Of a stretch of DNA of 64,000 bases, positions 12,044 through 24,350 are shown piece after piece. The position numbers were made by a program, and so were the translations under genes. This stretch comes from Octopus vulgaris (taxonomy: Eukaryota): assembly GCA_951406725.2 (NCBI GenBank), contig OX597816.1, forward strand, positions 167,400,001-167,464,000, read 5' to 3'. The notes below the pieces were generated by a model. It searched no databases and was not told the DNA's origin. It saw nothing but the letters and a program-made list of their open reading frames with translations. Numbering within the stretch: position 1 is the stretch's first letter; each line of letters starts with the position of its first letter.

Positions 12044-13014
12044 GAGTAGCTACACAGCCAACAACTGACGAAGGGTCATTCTTTGTATTATTTGTCCTGT
12101 TTTTCATTTTTCCCCTTGTTTGCGTATTTAACTTATTTGTTTTCATACTTCATGTTTACTGTTGGTTACATTCTGCACCCATATACATTATACATATAAA
12201 GGAGGAAGAAAAATGAATGAGAAAATAGCTTCAGCCTAAAGTGTCAGAGGAAGCTTCCTGAAGATTTCTCTTAGTCCTGTAGAAGCTCCTTCTATATAAT
12301 AAATTAAAATATATATATATATATATAGTTCTCAACTTTGTCACTCCATAAATCCAAAATTTTATTTAAGTATTTATGGGAGCAACTGTCTTCAAAGACA
12401 TATTGTTGTTGATTGCTTGAAATGGGGAGTAGCTACACAGCCAACAACTGACGAAGGGTCATTCTTTGTATTATTTGTCCTGTTTTTCATTTTTCCCCCT
12501 TGTTTGCGTATTTAACTTATTTGTTTTCATACTTCATGTTTACTGTTGGTTACATTCTGCACCCATATACATTATACATATAAAGGAGGAAGAAAAATGA
12601 ATGAGAAAATAGCTTCAGCCTAAAGTGTCAGAGGAAGCTTCCTGAAGATTTCTCTTAGTCCTGTAGAAGCTCCTTCTATATAATAAATTAAAATATATAT
12701 ATATATGATATAGTTCTCAACTTTGTCACTCCATAAATCCAAAATTTTATTTAAGTATTTATGGGAGCAACTGTCTTCAAAGACATATTGTTGTTGATTG
12801 CTTGAAATGGGGAGTAGCTACACAGCCAACAACTGACGAAGGGTCATTCTTTGTATTATTTGTCCTGTTTTTCATTTTTCCCCTTGTTTGCGTATTTAAC
12901 TTATTTGTTTTCATACTTCATGTTTACTGTTGGTTACATTCTGCACCCATATACATTATACATATAAAGGAGGAAGAAAAATGAATGAGAAAATAGCTTC
13001 AGCCTAAAGTGTCA
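12044..13014. repeat. Tandem array, ~2.5 near-identical copies of a ~384-bp unit
   Basis: GAGTAGCTACACAGCC starts at 12044, 12427 and 12812; copies differ only by a homopolymer and (TA)n variation. Confidence 0.95.
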
Positions 13015-14674
13015 AATATGTACACCTTAAGTACGTGTTGGTAGATAAGGAATGGCTTGTTATGAGCTTTCAAGTGTTGAATTACATAACGAATAAAAAA
13101 TAAGTTTATCTCCCCAGGGCAAAGATATAGTTGGACGAGTCAAATTTACACAGCGCCAACAAACAAAAATATCTGAATCACAGAAGAAACTATAAAACTT
13201 TTATATCAATGATTAAAAATAGGAGTGATGGAATATGGTTGGGGTGGAGCAACTGAATGACATCTTTGTTCCAAATTCAATATGTACTGCGGTAGCAATA
13301 GTTATGTGAACATTTATAGTAAATACTGTCCCATGGCATAGAAATCACAGATCACACCTTTTTTTCATGAACAAAACACCAGTTTGTCACAGATCTGCTC
13401 ATTTACAGCTGAGTGAATGAGGGAGTGGTGGGTGAAATGATACATTTTGCTCAAGAAAAGAAGGCACTGCCCTGTCCAAGAGTAAATTACAATCATGCAA
13501 TTGTGAGGGCAACAACCTATCAAACCTATGTATTGTGGCTAAAAATTTGTATTGTGTGATACCACGTAGAAAGCACCCGTGTGGGTGCCATGCAGGGAGC
13601 GCCCGCACTGGCGCCACACAGACAGCGCCTGTGCTGGTGCCATGCAGACAAGGCCCACGCCAGTACATTCACAAGGCTTTGGTCATCCTAGAGCCCTAGT
13701 AGAAGATGACACTTTTGCAAAGTGCCACCCAGTGAACTAAAGCAAAAGGCCATGTGATTGAGAAACAAATCTCTTAAGCACACAGCCAAGTCTGCATCTG
13801 CAGTTATTTGAATTTAAGATTGAGGAATTTTTAGTTTGACATCTTGGCTTGCTTTCGTTTTAAATTTTCTCTAAGCAGCAGGTCAATTGTGGTCAAGAAA
13901 ACCATGACCAGGCATTCCAATAAGACCAAACTTAAAACCTTGTGCTTGGGAAGCAAACTTCTTAACCACATAATTTCTGCTTCTAATTTTCAAATCTATT
14001 TTGGACCAATGTCAATGCCACCTGACTGGCACTTGTGCTGGTGGCATGTAAAAAATACCATTTAAGTGTGGTCGATGCCAGTGACACATAAAAAGCACTC
14101 ACTACACTCTTGGAGTGGTTAGCATTAGGAAGGGCACCCAGCTGTAGAAACTTTGCCAGATCAGACTGGAGGCTGGTGCAACCTCCTGGCTTGCCAGTTG
14201 TCGGTCAAACCATCTAACCCATTCCAGCATGGAAAGCTGACGTTAAATGATGATGATCAAAAGGCAAAAAGTTAAGACTGATGTCCAAACCATTTATAAG
14301 CAGACAAAAAGCTGAAAAGGAAACTGGTAAAGGTTTGGGTCTTGCAAGTCAAAAAGATAAAGTGAAAAATTTTATTGCCCAACACCTCTAGGCACTGCAA
14401 ATTCCAGCACACCTCAATCGTTGTGATAACAGTGATAGATGGTGGGTATAAAGAAAATGACACTCTAGCTTATTTTTTTAGGATATCAAGTTGTCAAAGA
14501 TAAGATTTAAACACTAAATTTATCAAACAGTTGATCCTCTTCTTCCTTTTACCCACCCAGCTAAGAGAGATTTATGTTGAAATTGATAACTTCAAGTAGT
14601 CCTTGATCATACATGGCTCCAGCCATGACCATCCCAGCACTGTTTTTTTCCTTCAGACTGTATGTCTAAGACTA

Positions 14675-14854
14675 CAGTAATCCCTCGACTATCATGGGTG
14701 TTTCACCCAGTGATCAGTGAAAATCCGAAGTAGAAATTTTTATAATTTGTATATATGTATTTTATAATTTGTATATTTCATTATAAATGCAAAACACCAC
14801 CACGGAGGAACCAACATAAGCTTATATAAGCCATGATATGGCAAGGGATTATTG
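14675..14854. mobile_element. Tigger/pogo-like MITE
   Basis: TA|CAGTAATCCCTCGACTATCATGG...CCATGATATGGCAAGGGATTATTG|TA: ~24-bp TIRs and TA TSD. Confidence 0.75.
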
Positions 14855-15852
14855 TATATTATCTATAGTGTCCTTCCCATTTGAAAGCAGCAAGGTGATT
14901 TAGTTGCTATTTCTAGTTAGCAAAGTTTCCCCCACTGACTAGTTCATTCAGATGTCTTCTTGGTTTATTCACAAAGAAAGTGGGAGAAGTATTAAGAGGG
15001 GGACAAGGAAGTACATTTGTTAACTGGCAAATGTAATAGAGAACCAAACAAGTAGAGTTATTTTCTACTGTCAAATATCCTACATTCCTTACAAAACTGA
15101 GAGGACAGTGTATTCTTCAGGGTATTACTGGTACAGGAACAGGAAAAAAATCTCATTAGGTACCTTAATTTTCAGTTAAAGTCCAACCAGTAACCCCAGG
15201 TTGTCAATAATAAGGGAACAAAACAACCAATTGGATGTTTACAATACAAGTTACATAACTAGTAAACTCACCAACACTGGTTGTGAAGCAGTGGTGGGGT
15301 GGATAGACGGACACACACACACGATGGGCTTCTTTCAGTTTCTGTCAACCAAATCCACACATGAGGTTTTTGGTCAGCCTGAGGCTAAAGCAGAAAAACA
15401 CTTACCCAAGAAAGATTGAACCCAGAACCTTGTGGTTTAGAAGCAAGCTTCTTAACACAACCATGCTGGCACCTATGTTCACTGATACATAAAATTAATA
15501 TACCTATCTGATTGCTATTAGTCGAATACAGAGGCCTAGGTGTTGTTTTTATTGCCCAAAGCTCACAGTAGGATGAATAGAAACTATAGAATGTATTTTG
15601 TTTTTCCCACCTACACCACAGGAAATCTGAACTAAAGCATCACTGGTTTGGTTCAGTGGAGCATTTCCTTACATAGAATCAAAGTAAGGACTAGATGATA
15701 GATAGGAAGAAATAAACAAAACTAAACAGTTATTCCTATTCATACTTCACCAAGTGTAATTATATAGAGTCACAAGAGAATGGAGGTGTGTGCTTAAAGG
15801 TGGTACAATAAAAAAAAAAAGAGGGTATTTATATGTGTGCATGTGTATATAT

Positions 15853-17513
15853 ACTCTTTTACTCTTTTTTACTTGTTTCAGTCATTTGACTGTGGCCATG
15901 CTGGAGCACCGCCTTTAGTTGAGCAAATTGACCCCCAGGACTTATTCTTTGTAAGCCTAGTACTTATTCTATCGGTCTCTTTTGCTGAACCGCTAAGTTA
16001 CAGGGACGTAAACACACCAGCATCAGTTGTCAAGTGATGTTGGGGGGACAAACACAAACACACACATATATATAAATATATATATATATATACACATATA
16101 CATATATACGATGGGCTTCTCAGTTTCTGTCTACCAAATCCACTCACAAGGCTTTGGTCGGCCCGAGGCTATAGTAGAAGACACTTGCCCAACGTGCCAC
16201 GCAGTGGGACTGAACTCGGAACCATGTGGTTGGTAAGCAAGCTATATACCACACAGCCACTCCTGCACCTATGTGTATGTGAACATAATACATACCTCAT
16301 AGTATGTAGGTGTAGGCATGGCTGTGTGGCAAGAAGTTTGCTTTCCAACTGCATGGTTCTGGGTTCAGACCCAGTGTGTGGGACCTTCGGCCAGCCAAAG
16401 CCTTGTAAGTGGATCTGGTAGACAGAAAAAAAAAATCTGTTGTTTTTGTGTGTGTCCCATTACTGCTTAACTGGTGTTGGTGTGTTTAGATCCCTGTAAC
16501 TTAGTGGTCAGCAAAAGAGACCGATAGAATAGGCACCAAGGTTCAAAAGAGAAATAAGTACTCAGGACGATTCATTCGACTAAGAATTCAAGTTGGTGTC
16601 CCAGCATGGCCACAGTCTAATGACTGAAACAAGCTAAAGATAAAAGGTATATATTATGTGTAAATGTCAATAACATTCTAAAACAATAACTGAATATTAA
16701 CTGAGGAATCCATTGTAGAGATCACGCCGACTGGGACATCACAACTATCTTTTACTTGTTTCAGTTTGCAACCATGCTGGGGCACCATCTTGAAGAATTT
16801 CTAGTCAATTGAATCGATCTCAGCACTTTTTTTTTAAAGTCTGGTACTTCTATCATTCCCTTTTGCTGAACCTCTAAGTTACAAGGATGTAAACAGCAAC
16901 ACTGGTGGACAAACAGACATATGAAACACACGACAGGTTTCTTTTTAGTCTCTGCCTTCTAAATCCACACAAAAGGCTTTGGTTGGCCCAAGGCTATAAT
17001 AGAAGACATCCAATGTGCCATGCAGAGGAATTGAACGTGGAATGATGTGGTTGGGAAGCAAACTTTTCACCTTACAGTCATAGTGGCATCTTAGTTGTGA
17101 GAGTTAACATTAAAGAAGCACAAATGACACGTACCCATAGGTGCAAGTTTGGCTGTGTGGTAAGAAGCTTGCTTACCAACCACATAGTCCCGAGTTCAGT
17201 CCCACTGCATGGCACCTTGGGCAAGTGTCTTCTACTATAGCCCTGGATTGACCAAAGCCTTGTGAGTGAATTAGGTAGGCAAAAACTGAAAGAAGCCTGT
17301 TCGTGTATGTGTGTATGTATGTGTGTATATATGTGTGTCCACCATCTCTTGACAACAGATGTTGGTGTGTTTACGTCCCCGTAACTTAGCGGTTCGCCAA
17401 AAGAAAACCGATAGAATAAGTACTGGGCTTACAAAGAATAAAGTCCTGGGGTCGATTTGTTCGACTAAAGGCAGTGCTGCAGCATGGCCGCAGTCAAATG
17501 ACTGAAACAAGTA
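15853..17513. mobile_element. Four SINE family A copies in alternating orientation (15853-16272 -, 16310-16645 +, 16748-17085 -, 17139-17513 +)
   Basis: Each aligns to family A head, body and tail. Confidence 0.85.
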
Positions 17514-20500
17514 ATGCACAGGTAGTATTAAGGAGGAGTTGATAGTTTTCATTACTACAATATTTATCTGAACAAAGTCGGTGTGCAGACAGACGACAAA
17601 TGCACATTGTTGATACTCGTGAGGACTTTCTGTATTGTACAAGTGTTCGGCTGTATGGTGTGTATGAGAATAGACAAGGGAATGAGAAACCCGAGGTCAG
17701 GATGAAGGCGATGCGAGGTGAGAGAGAGTGGGGGAGGGGCACAGTAAAACAGTTAAAAGTAGGGTAACTGAATCCTCCTCTTGTGTCAAGACTCCAGCTG
17801 ACACTTAAGCACATGGGGCATATCGGTTATATTTCGCTGACATCTTGTCACTGGTTGCCTATTACTACTACTTCTACTACTACTACTACTACAAGCAGTA
17901 GGTCAAATATGACGCACGCACACGTACGTACGTACATATATAAACACAGCACCTCCATATCAGAGCCAACATCTAGTTTTATATACACACATATTTATAC
18001 ATGTTTCACAAAATAAAATAATATAAATTCCACAGAAATTCCTATAATTTTTTAAATTTTTGTTTTCGCTTGTTGCTGATATTAGCCGAATAAATAGAAT
18101 ATTTTATGAAAGTTAACTAACCATGAACAACTTCAATGAAACTGTGAAAACAAGTTTCAAAGTTTTATTGGGTACCGTAGGAGGTTGGTGAGTTTTTATT
18201 TTTGCTTTCCTCAGAGAGGAAGCACTTACCCCCACCGCTTCCAGACCATTGCTGAATGCTTCAGGTTTTACTTTTAGATGACTAATTAAAGGTGCTCTAG
18301 TTAGGTGTTTATCTTCCGAATTTTAAGTTTAAAACTTCGGTTTGAATTTCGACTTCTACACCCGCTCCCTCACCGTGGTCGCTTAACCTGCAAGAAATAG
18401 CAGTCATACATGCTTCAAAATCCACCGTCCCATATAACAAAGTCCTAAAAACAGACAGAATAATAATAATAAAAATACGGCGGGCTTTCGAAATAGCTGT
18501 TGAGAATAAAATGAAATTTCGATGGCAAATTTTTGGAGTGGTTTCGGTATATTTTCGTCACTCTAAAATACATGTAATTCGCATTAAATCTTATTTTTGT
18601 GAAAAATCCACGTTTTAAAACATTCTAACTGCCCACCACTTCAACGTGCCTTTGGAGTTGCTGTCACACTTGGGATGGTCAAACCTGGAATACCTTTCAT
18701 CATAGGTAATTCCTTGGAGTTCACCTCGAGAGCTAAAACTATATATTTAGTTTCAATACAAAAAAAAAATTGCACAAAATTTTGGCACAAGATCAACAAT
18801 TTGGGGGGAGGGGTTAATCGATTACATCAACCCATGATTGACTGGTACTTAATCGATCATGAAAGGTAAAGTCGACCACGACGATAACATGTAGAGTCGG
18901 AAGAAATACCACAAGGTATTTTGTCCGACGCACGAACGATTCTGCCAGCTTGCCCGACCCCCTTCCTTAATAATATTTCTTTCCCCCCCTAAGAACAAAA
19001 CCTGAAGCTGACGGGAAGAACTAGTCGATTGTATTCAACTGGTACTTATTCTATAAGCGCCGCCCGAAAGAAGGAAAGCTCAGCAATATTCGAACACGGA
19101 ACGTAAAGATTCGTAAGAAATGACACTAGGCATTTTATCCGATGCACTACCGATTCTGCCAGCTTTACACTATATTTTTTCGTCAAAGTTTAACTATGTC
19201 ACCTTGATGATAGATTTTTACACGTGGACAAAGAATAGAGAGATAATGTTGATCAGATGATATTACATGATGACAAAGGCTTTGTAAAGGACTATAAGAA
19301 TGTTTAGGGATATGGTCCTATACGTTCGGGTTTCAACTCTCACCGGAATTCAAAACAAGCCGTCTGTTCTTCCACGGTCGAGAAAATACATCGATCAAGT
19401 ATTGGAGATCGATACAATTGATTATACCCTCCACTCACCCAAAAATATGCTTTGTGTCTATAATCAACATTACAAATGAATTGTTATTGCTATTTAACTC
19501 AGGTCACCCTGATAAATCCGGTTGAGGATCCAAAGGGTTCCAACTATGACCAACCCGTATTTTTGTGCCCCCCTTTTTTTTCAGATATAGCATCTATGAT
19601 TATATTAGCCAATGTACCCTTCCTTTAACCCAGTAGTATATGATTTTAAGGGGATTTTGGGTGTTATTCCTAGCACATCGACGAGCGAAAACTCAGAGGG
19701 GCCCTGATTATGTGCGAGTATGCGTATGCATGGGTACGTGTGTGTGTGTAAACGTATGTATGTGTGTGTGTATGTGGGTGCATACAAGCCAAATAACCGG
19801 TTCAAGGCGTGTGTCAAACTGAAGAATCAAAGCGTGTGCACAAGTTTATAGTAAATATATACATTGTATAGAGAAAACACCCGAAGCCTATACAAAAACA
19901 CTGAATATGTGTTTATTATTCATCCAAAGTAAACAGTACGTGTGTAGGCACGTTTGTTGTGCACATATATATTTATTAAAGGAGAAAGAGAGAAAGAAAA
20001 TTAAAGTGCTACACACGACTATGGTAGATAAACACATTCATGATCGCTCTCTCTCTCTCTACACACACACACAAAGATACACATTAATTCGATCAAGTAA
20101 TAATTTATGATGTAAGAAGTTATACGTAGTTGACAAAAAAAGTGATAACAGATTAGCATAACGTATTAGACCTGAAATGACGTTTAAGGGAATTTTCTTA
20201 GCTTATTTATTAACCTATATATATTACAGTATTTTTGTATGTGTGTTTACAAACAAAACTGAAAAAAGCACTCAAAAGTAATATATATATATATAAGCTG
20301 TGTGTGTGTGTGTGTGTGTATGTGTGCTGCTATCAATTTATATATATATATGTATATTTCACTACCACACTGGACAAAGTATATCAAATTTCTCTTTACG
20401 GTTGAGGAGCACCGTCTTCGAGTTGGTGTCATCTCTCTATACCTTCGGGGAGGGGGTTCAAATCTAGACGTAAATGTCAGTATATAGGGGGAGGGGTATA

Positions 20501-20862
20501 CGTGTTTATGTGTCTATATATGTGTATGTCTATGTGTGTGTTTGTGTCGATATGTACATATGTGTATGAGAGCTATTAATGTTTGTGTGCGTAAGTCTAT
20601 GCATGTATATGTTTGTATATACATGTATATACGTGTGCTTATGTGTGTCTATGCGTAAAGACACATACACACACACACACAATGTGAAAGTTTACTAATT
20701 ACAGAAGTTCCATAACATAACCAAACCATTGACAGTAAAACTTAAAAACCTTTCTTGGAAGCAATCAAGGAACTTAAGTGACCAAAGTAAGGAAGTCAAA
20801 GAAATAAACAAACAATAAGACAGACATAATTAAAACGCATAGAATAGAAGTTGAATATTTAC

Positions 20863-20973
20863 CTTATTATTTTCAAGTGCCTGTGCCGAGTGGGAATCCT
20901 TGGCAGCGAAACAATTTTGACATTTGCTCTTGTTGAAGATGTTGGGTACAAATTTCCGGCATTTTGAAGCCAT
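20863..20973 (-). CDS. osp/MPRIP: First coding exon (37 codons, phase 0) of a protein outspread / myosin phosphatase Rho-interacting protein (MPRIP/TRIOBP family) gene
   Basis: Minus strand reads ATG at 20973: [37 protein letters not shown], then a GT donor (AAG|gtaaat) at 20862. The [18 protein letters not shown]...H motif is the characteristic N-terminus of MPRIP and Drosophila Outspread. The next (PH-domain) exon was not found in 1-20862. Confidence 0.92.
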
Positions 20974-21106
20974 ATTCACTACTTTTAGTTATCAATACAT
21001 TTAGAAAATATAGATAGATCTATGTGTAAGACATTTAAAGAAATTCACATGTAATAATATATATATGCATGTGTTTATGTGTGTGTGTGTGCATGTACAT
21101 AAATAT

Positions 21107-21146
<40 letters not shown>

Positions 21147-22039
21147 GGATGGACAGGCTATGTATAGTAATACATAGGTTGAAAAGATATGTGTATATAT
21201 TTATAGAAATTCATAAATATATAGTATATGTGAGTGCTTGTGTATGTGTAAAATACACAAATTTATATAAATATGTGTGTATGTATAAGAATGGACAGGT
21301 TGCTATGTATAAGTAAAAATATATAGCCGTACTCCACATGTATATTAAATTCACAAGTGTTTGGAAGGTGCGTGTATAGTATTTAATTAGTTAATTAATA
21401 CATTAATTAACTGTCTGTTAAACAAATATACTCCTTTCTTTATATGTCCAGCCGAACTGGGACTGCGTAGTAGTGGCTAGTAGTAACAATACTATAACAA
21501 ACAGCACAGGTACTATAGTCGCAATACATAATAGTGTTGTTGCTTCTGTTGTAGTAGCTGTCGTACATTGGCGGCGGCGGTGGTGGTGTTGATCGTAATA
21601 ATAATCATTAGGTCTACTTTGCCGGGTGCTTGTTAACGATGGGGACAGTCTTGCCGTGGCTTTACGACGGCCCACTAATAATGGTAGAACTACTAGAGAC
21701 ACTAACCGTATTGTTTTTAATGGTCCGGTCACAATCAAAGACAGCCACGCTCTGTATGTCTCCACAAACATTTAGTTAGTCCGGTCGCCGACTTGGTATG
21801 TCGGCTTTCGTCCGTGTCTTGTCTTAGTTGCTTATTATTTTTTTTCCTCTTCAAATTGGTGCGTATTGTGTGTCTCCGTAATGTTATTTACAATAGTTAA
21901 TTGTTAATATTGTGATAATAATTATTGATTTAGCTATATATAGACATAGAAATATGTATGAGGACACGTATAGAGACTTTCTAAGTTTGTTTCTCCTGAA
22001 TTTGCATGTACATACATAATAAAACACCTTTGTTAATTG

Positions 22040-22110
22040 TATTAATTAAGCGGCGTGCTCCGGCAGAAGACCGCCATTTGGCTTTGGTAGGAGAGAGTGA
22101 GTGCGTGAGA
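22040..22110 (-). promoter_or_regulatory. Putative proximal promoter/TSS region of the osp/MPRIP gene with YY1-type motif
   Basis: CpG-rich unique patch; minus strand CAAATGGCGG (22071-22080) matches the YY1 motif often found just downstream of TSSs; upstream (22090-22830) is a long CT-rich tract on the minus strand; about 1.1 kb from the ATG. Confidence 0.5.
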
Positions 22111-22864
22111 GAGAGAGAAAGACAGAGAGAGAATATGTGAGAGAGGTGGAGTGTCTTTGTGAAAGAGACAGAGTGTAAGTATGAGAGTGGGGGAAATGTG
22201 TTTGTGAGAGAGAGACTTAGTTGAAAGAGAGAGGGAGTATGTTTATAAGACAGAGCCTGTATGTGAGAGAGGGGGAGTGTGTTTGTGAAAAAGATAGTGT
22301 GTGAGGGAGGGGGAATGTTTGTGTGCGATTGTGAGAGAGAGAGAGAGAGAGGGGGAGGGAGGGAGCTAAGGTAAGGAGTCGGTCAACATAGTCTAAAGCT
22401 AGCAAAATAGTAGTGACCAAAGAAATACAGTGTCCAATCCGTTATTCAGCCTGTTACTATCAAATTGAGTCAAGATGGACTATTTACTAAAAATACAAAC
22501 TGCTTGTTGTTAGTGTTGGTGTTGGTTTTTAGTAGCAGTTGTAGAGTTGGATGAAGGGGAGGTGGAAAGAGAAAGAGTATGTAATTGTATGAGGAAGAGT
22601 GATAGGGTGACAGTGACAGCGTGTAGGAGGGGAAGGAGAGAAAGAGTAATAGTAATAGCAGGAGTGATAGAGAGAATGAAGGTGCTTAATGAAAATAGAG
22701 AAATAATGGTTAATTATATAGCGAGTGAAAGAATAAGGTAAGACATGAGAAAGAGGGGTGAGTTGAATATAAGAGAAACGAAGGCGGGGGAAAACAGAGA
22801 GTGAGGTGACAGACAAATTGAAAGGGGATATTGTACATACATGCATTTGTGTGCGTATGTATGT

Positions 22865-22899
<35 letters not shown>

Positions 22900-23459
22900 A
22901 CATTTACTACTGCTATATTTCTATATTAACTCCGTCACCAACAGCAGTAGTAATATCGTTGTAAATCCGAACATTGGAATCCCAACGTGCTCGCCGATTC
23001 CCGAACCGGTTTCGGATCGGAATTGGCGGTGGGTTGGCAGAATCGTTAAACGACTGCGGAATTATTTAAATTACAACTCGTTACGTTCGGTGTTCAAACC
23101 CTGTCGAAGTCATCTGTACTTTTCGCGTCTCTTTTTTTTTTTTTTAAATTATTTTTTATTAAGGGTCGGTAAAATAAACTACCGGTCGATTTAATATTCC
23201 TAAAAAAAAATCATCCAAAATGTAAAGGGAATCATTATTGAAGAAGGGTGAATTCTTGATTTAATTCATTATGCGTTGTCACAGATATCTTTTGGAAAGA
23301 TATGAACATCATACATTCTCGTTTCCCCTCTTCTTATAAAAACTGAGACAGTTTGCCAACAGTTTTTTTTTTATATATTGTATAAATTATATACTCATTT
23401 TTTAAAATATTTTGTGTTACGAACTAAAATATTTCTGATATGAGTTAACAACGGACAAT

Positions 23460-24350
23460 ATACCTGCTAGAAATTGTAGACAAATCTCCCTCGGTCATCT
23501 TAATAAAGGAAGGACACATTAGAAAGATAGAAGAAATAAAGAAAAAAAAAAAGCCGGGATGCTCACAGCTGGAACGTCATTAATGGCAGGTCGCCAGATC
23601 GATAACGTTTGACCTGACTTAACAATTTTGATAACACTAATACATAATATATACTCGAGTCGACGAGGAAACCTCAACTCGGTTGCGTGACCCGCTAGAA
23701 ATTAATACCAGATACCCCCAAATTTTAACAGGAAGAACACATTTGATAATACGACCCCCCATAGATTATATCTGAAAAAACTAAATAAATAAATAAGACA
23801 GGATATCACGGATCGGATTGCCTAGATCATATGTCTGTCGGTCAGCGTCGACCTGGGTCTAAATTATAAATCGCAGCTACTACTGCTGTTTAACCCTAGG
23901 TCAACACTGCTCGTGCAGAACTATTAATATTCATCTTTCTAAATGTAACCATTCTGTTTTCTTTTTTTTTTTGTATGTGTTGTGTATCTAGGACTACATT
24001 ATTGAATGTGTCTTTATTTTATAAGATTATGGTGAGATTGCTAACAGGTCGAGCGATCGCGTGGAGTCTCCGTCTTTGACAAGGTAGTAGTTGTCGAGCC
24101 GATACATGATCAAAGGAATGCTTGCCGTGACCATGCCGTCTTCTTCCAGGCACATTACTCCTAAGACTCCCATATGTTCTAGCTGACGCTAAGGTATATC
24201 AGGATCTACATTAAGCAGATTCTTCCCAGCTATGAGTATCCTGTATTTATATTTTCGCATATGACTATGTTACCCCTTCTAATGCCGTATGGAATGATTT
24301 GAGGATAACTCGGCTGCTTGTTTACTTGAGCGACTGCGAAGAGGCTCTAT
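23460..24350. repeat. Cluster of ancient SINE-like remnants in both orientations
   Basis: Recurring CTGCTAGAAAT..CA...AAATCTCCCTC, AGGA.ACATT and GACCTGGG.CTAAA motifs, also seen at ~18380, ~19490 and ~35750; too diverged to delimit precisely. Confidence 0.45.

Noticed and set aside
12044-13014. CRISPR-like array
   Set aside because: Units are ~384-bp full duplications with no unique spacers and no cas genes; eukaryotic context.
21430-21530. Carbonic-anhydrase-related N-terminus (signal peptide + GWTYKE)
   Set aside because: Only a few residues match, there is no convincing splice donor before the stop, and no further CA exons were seen.
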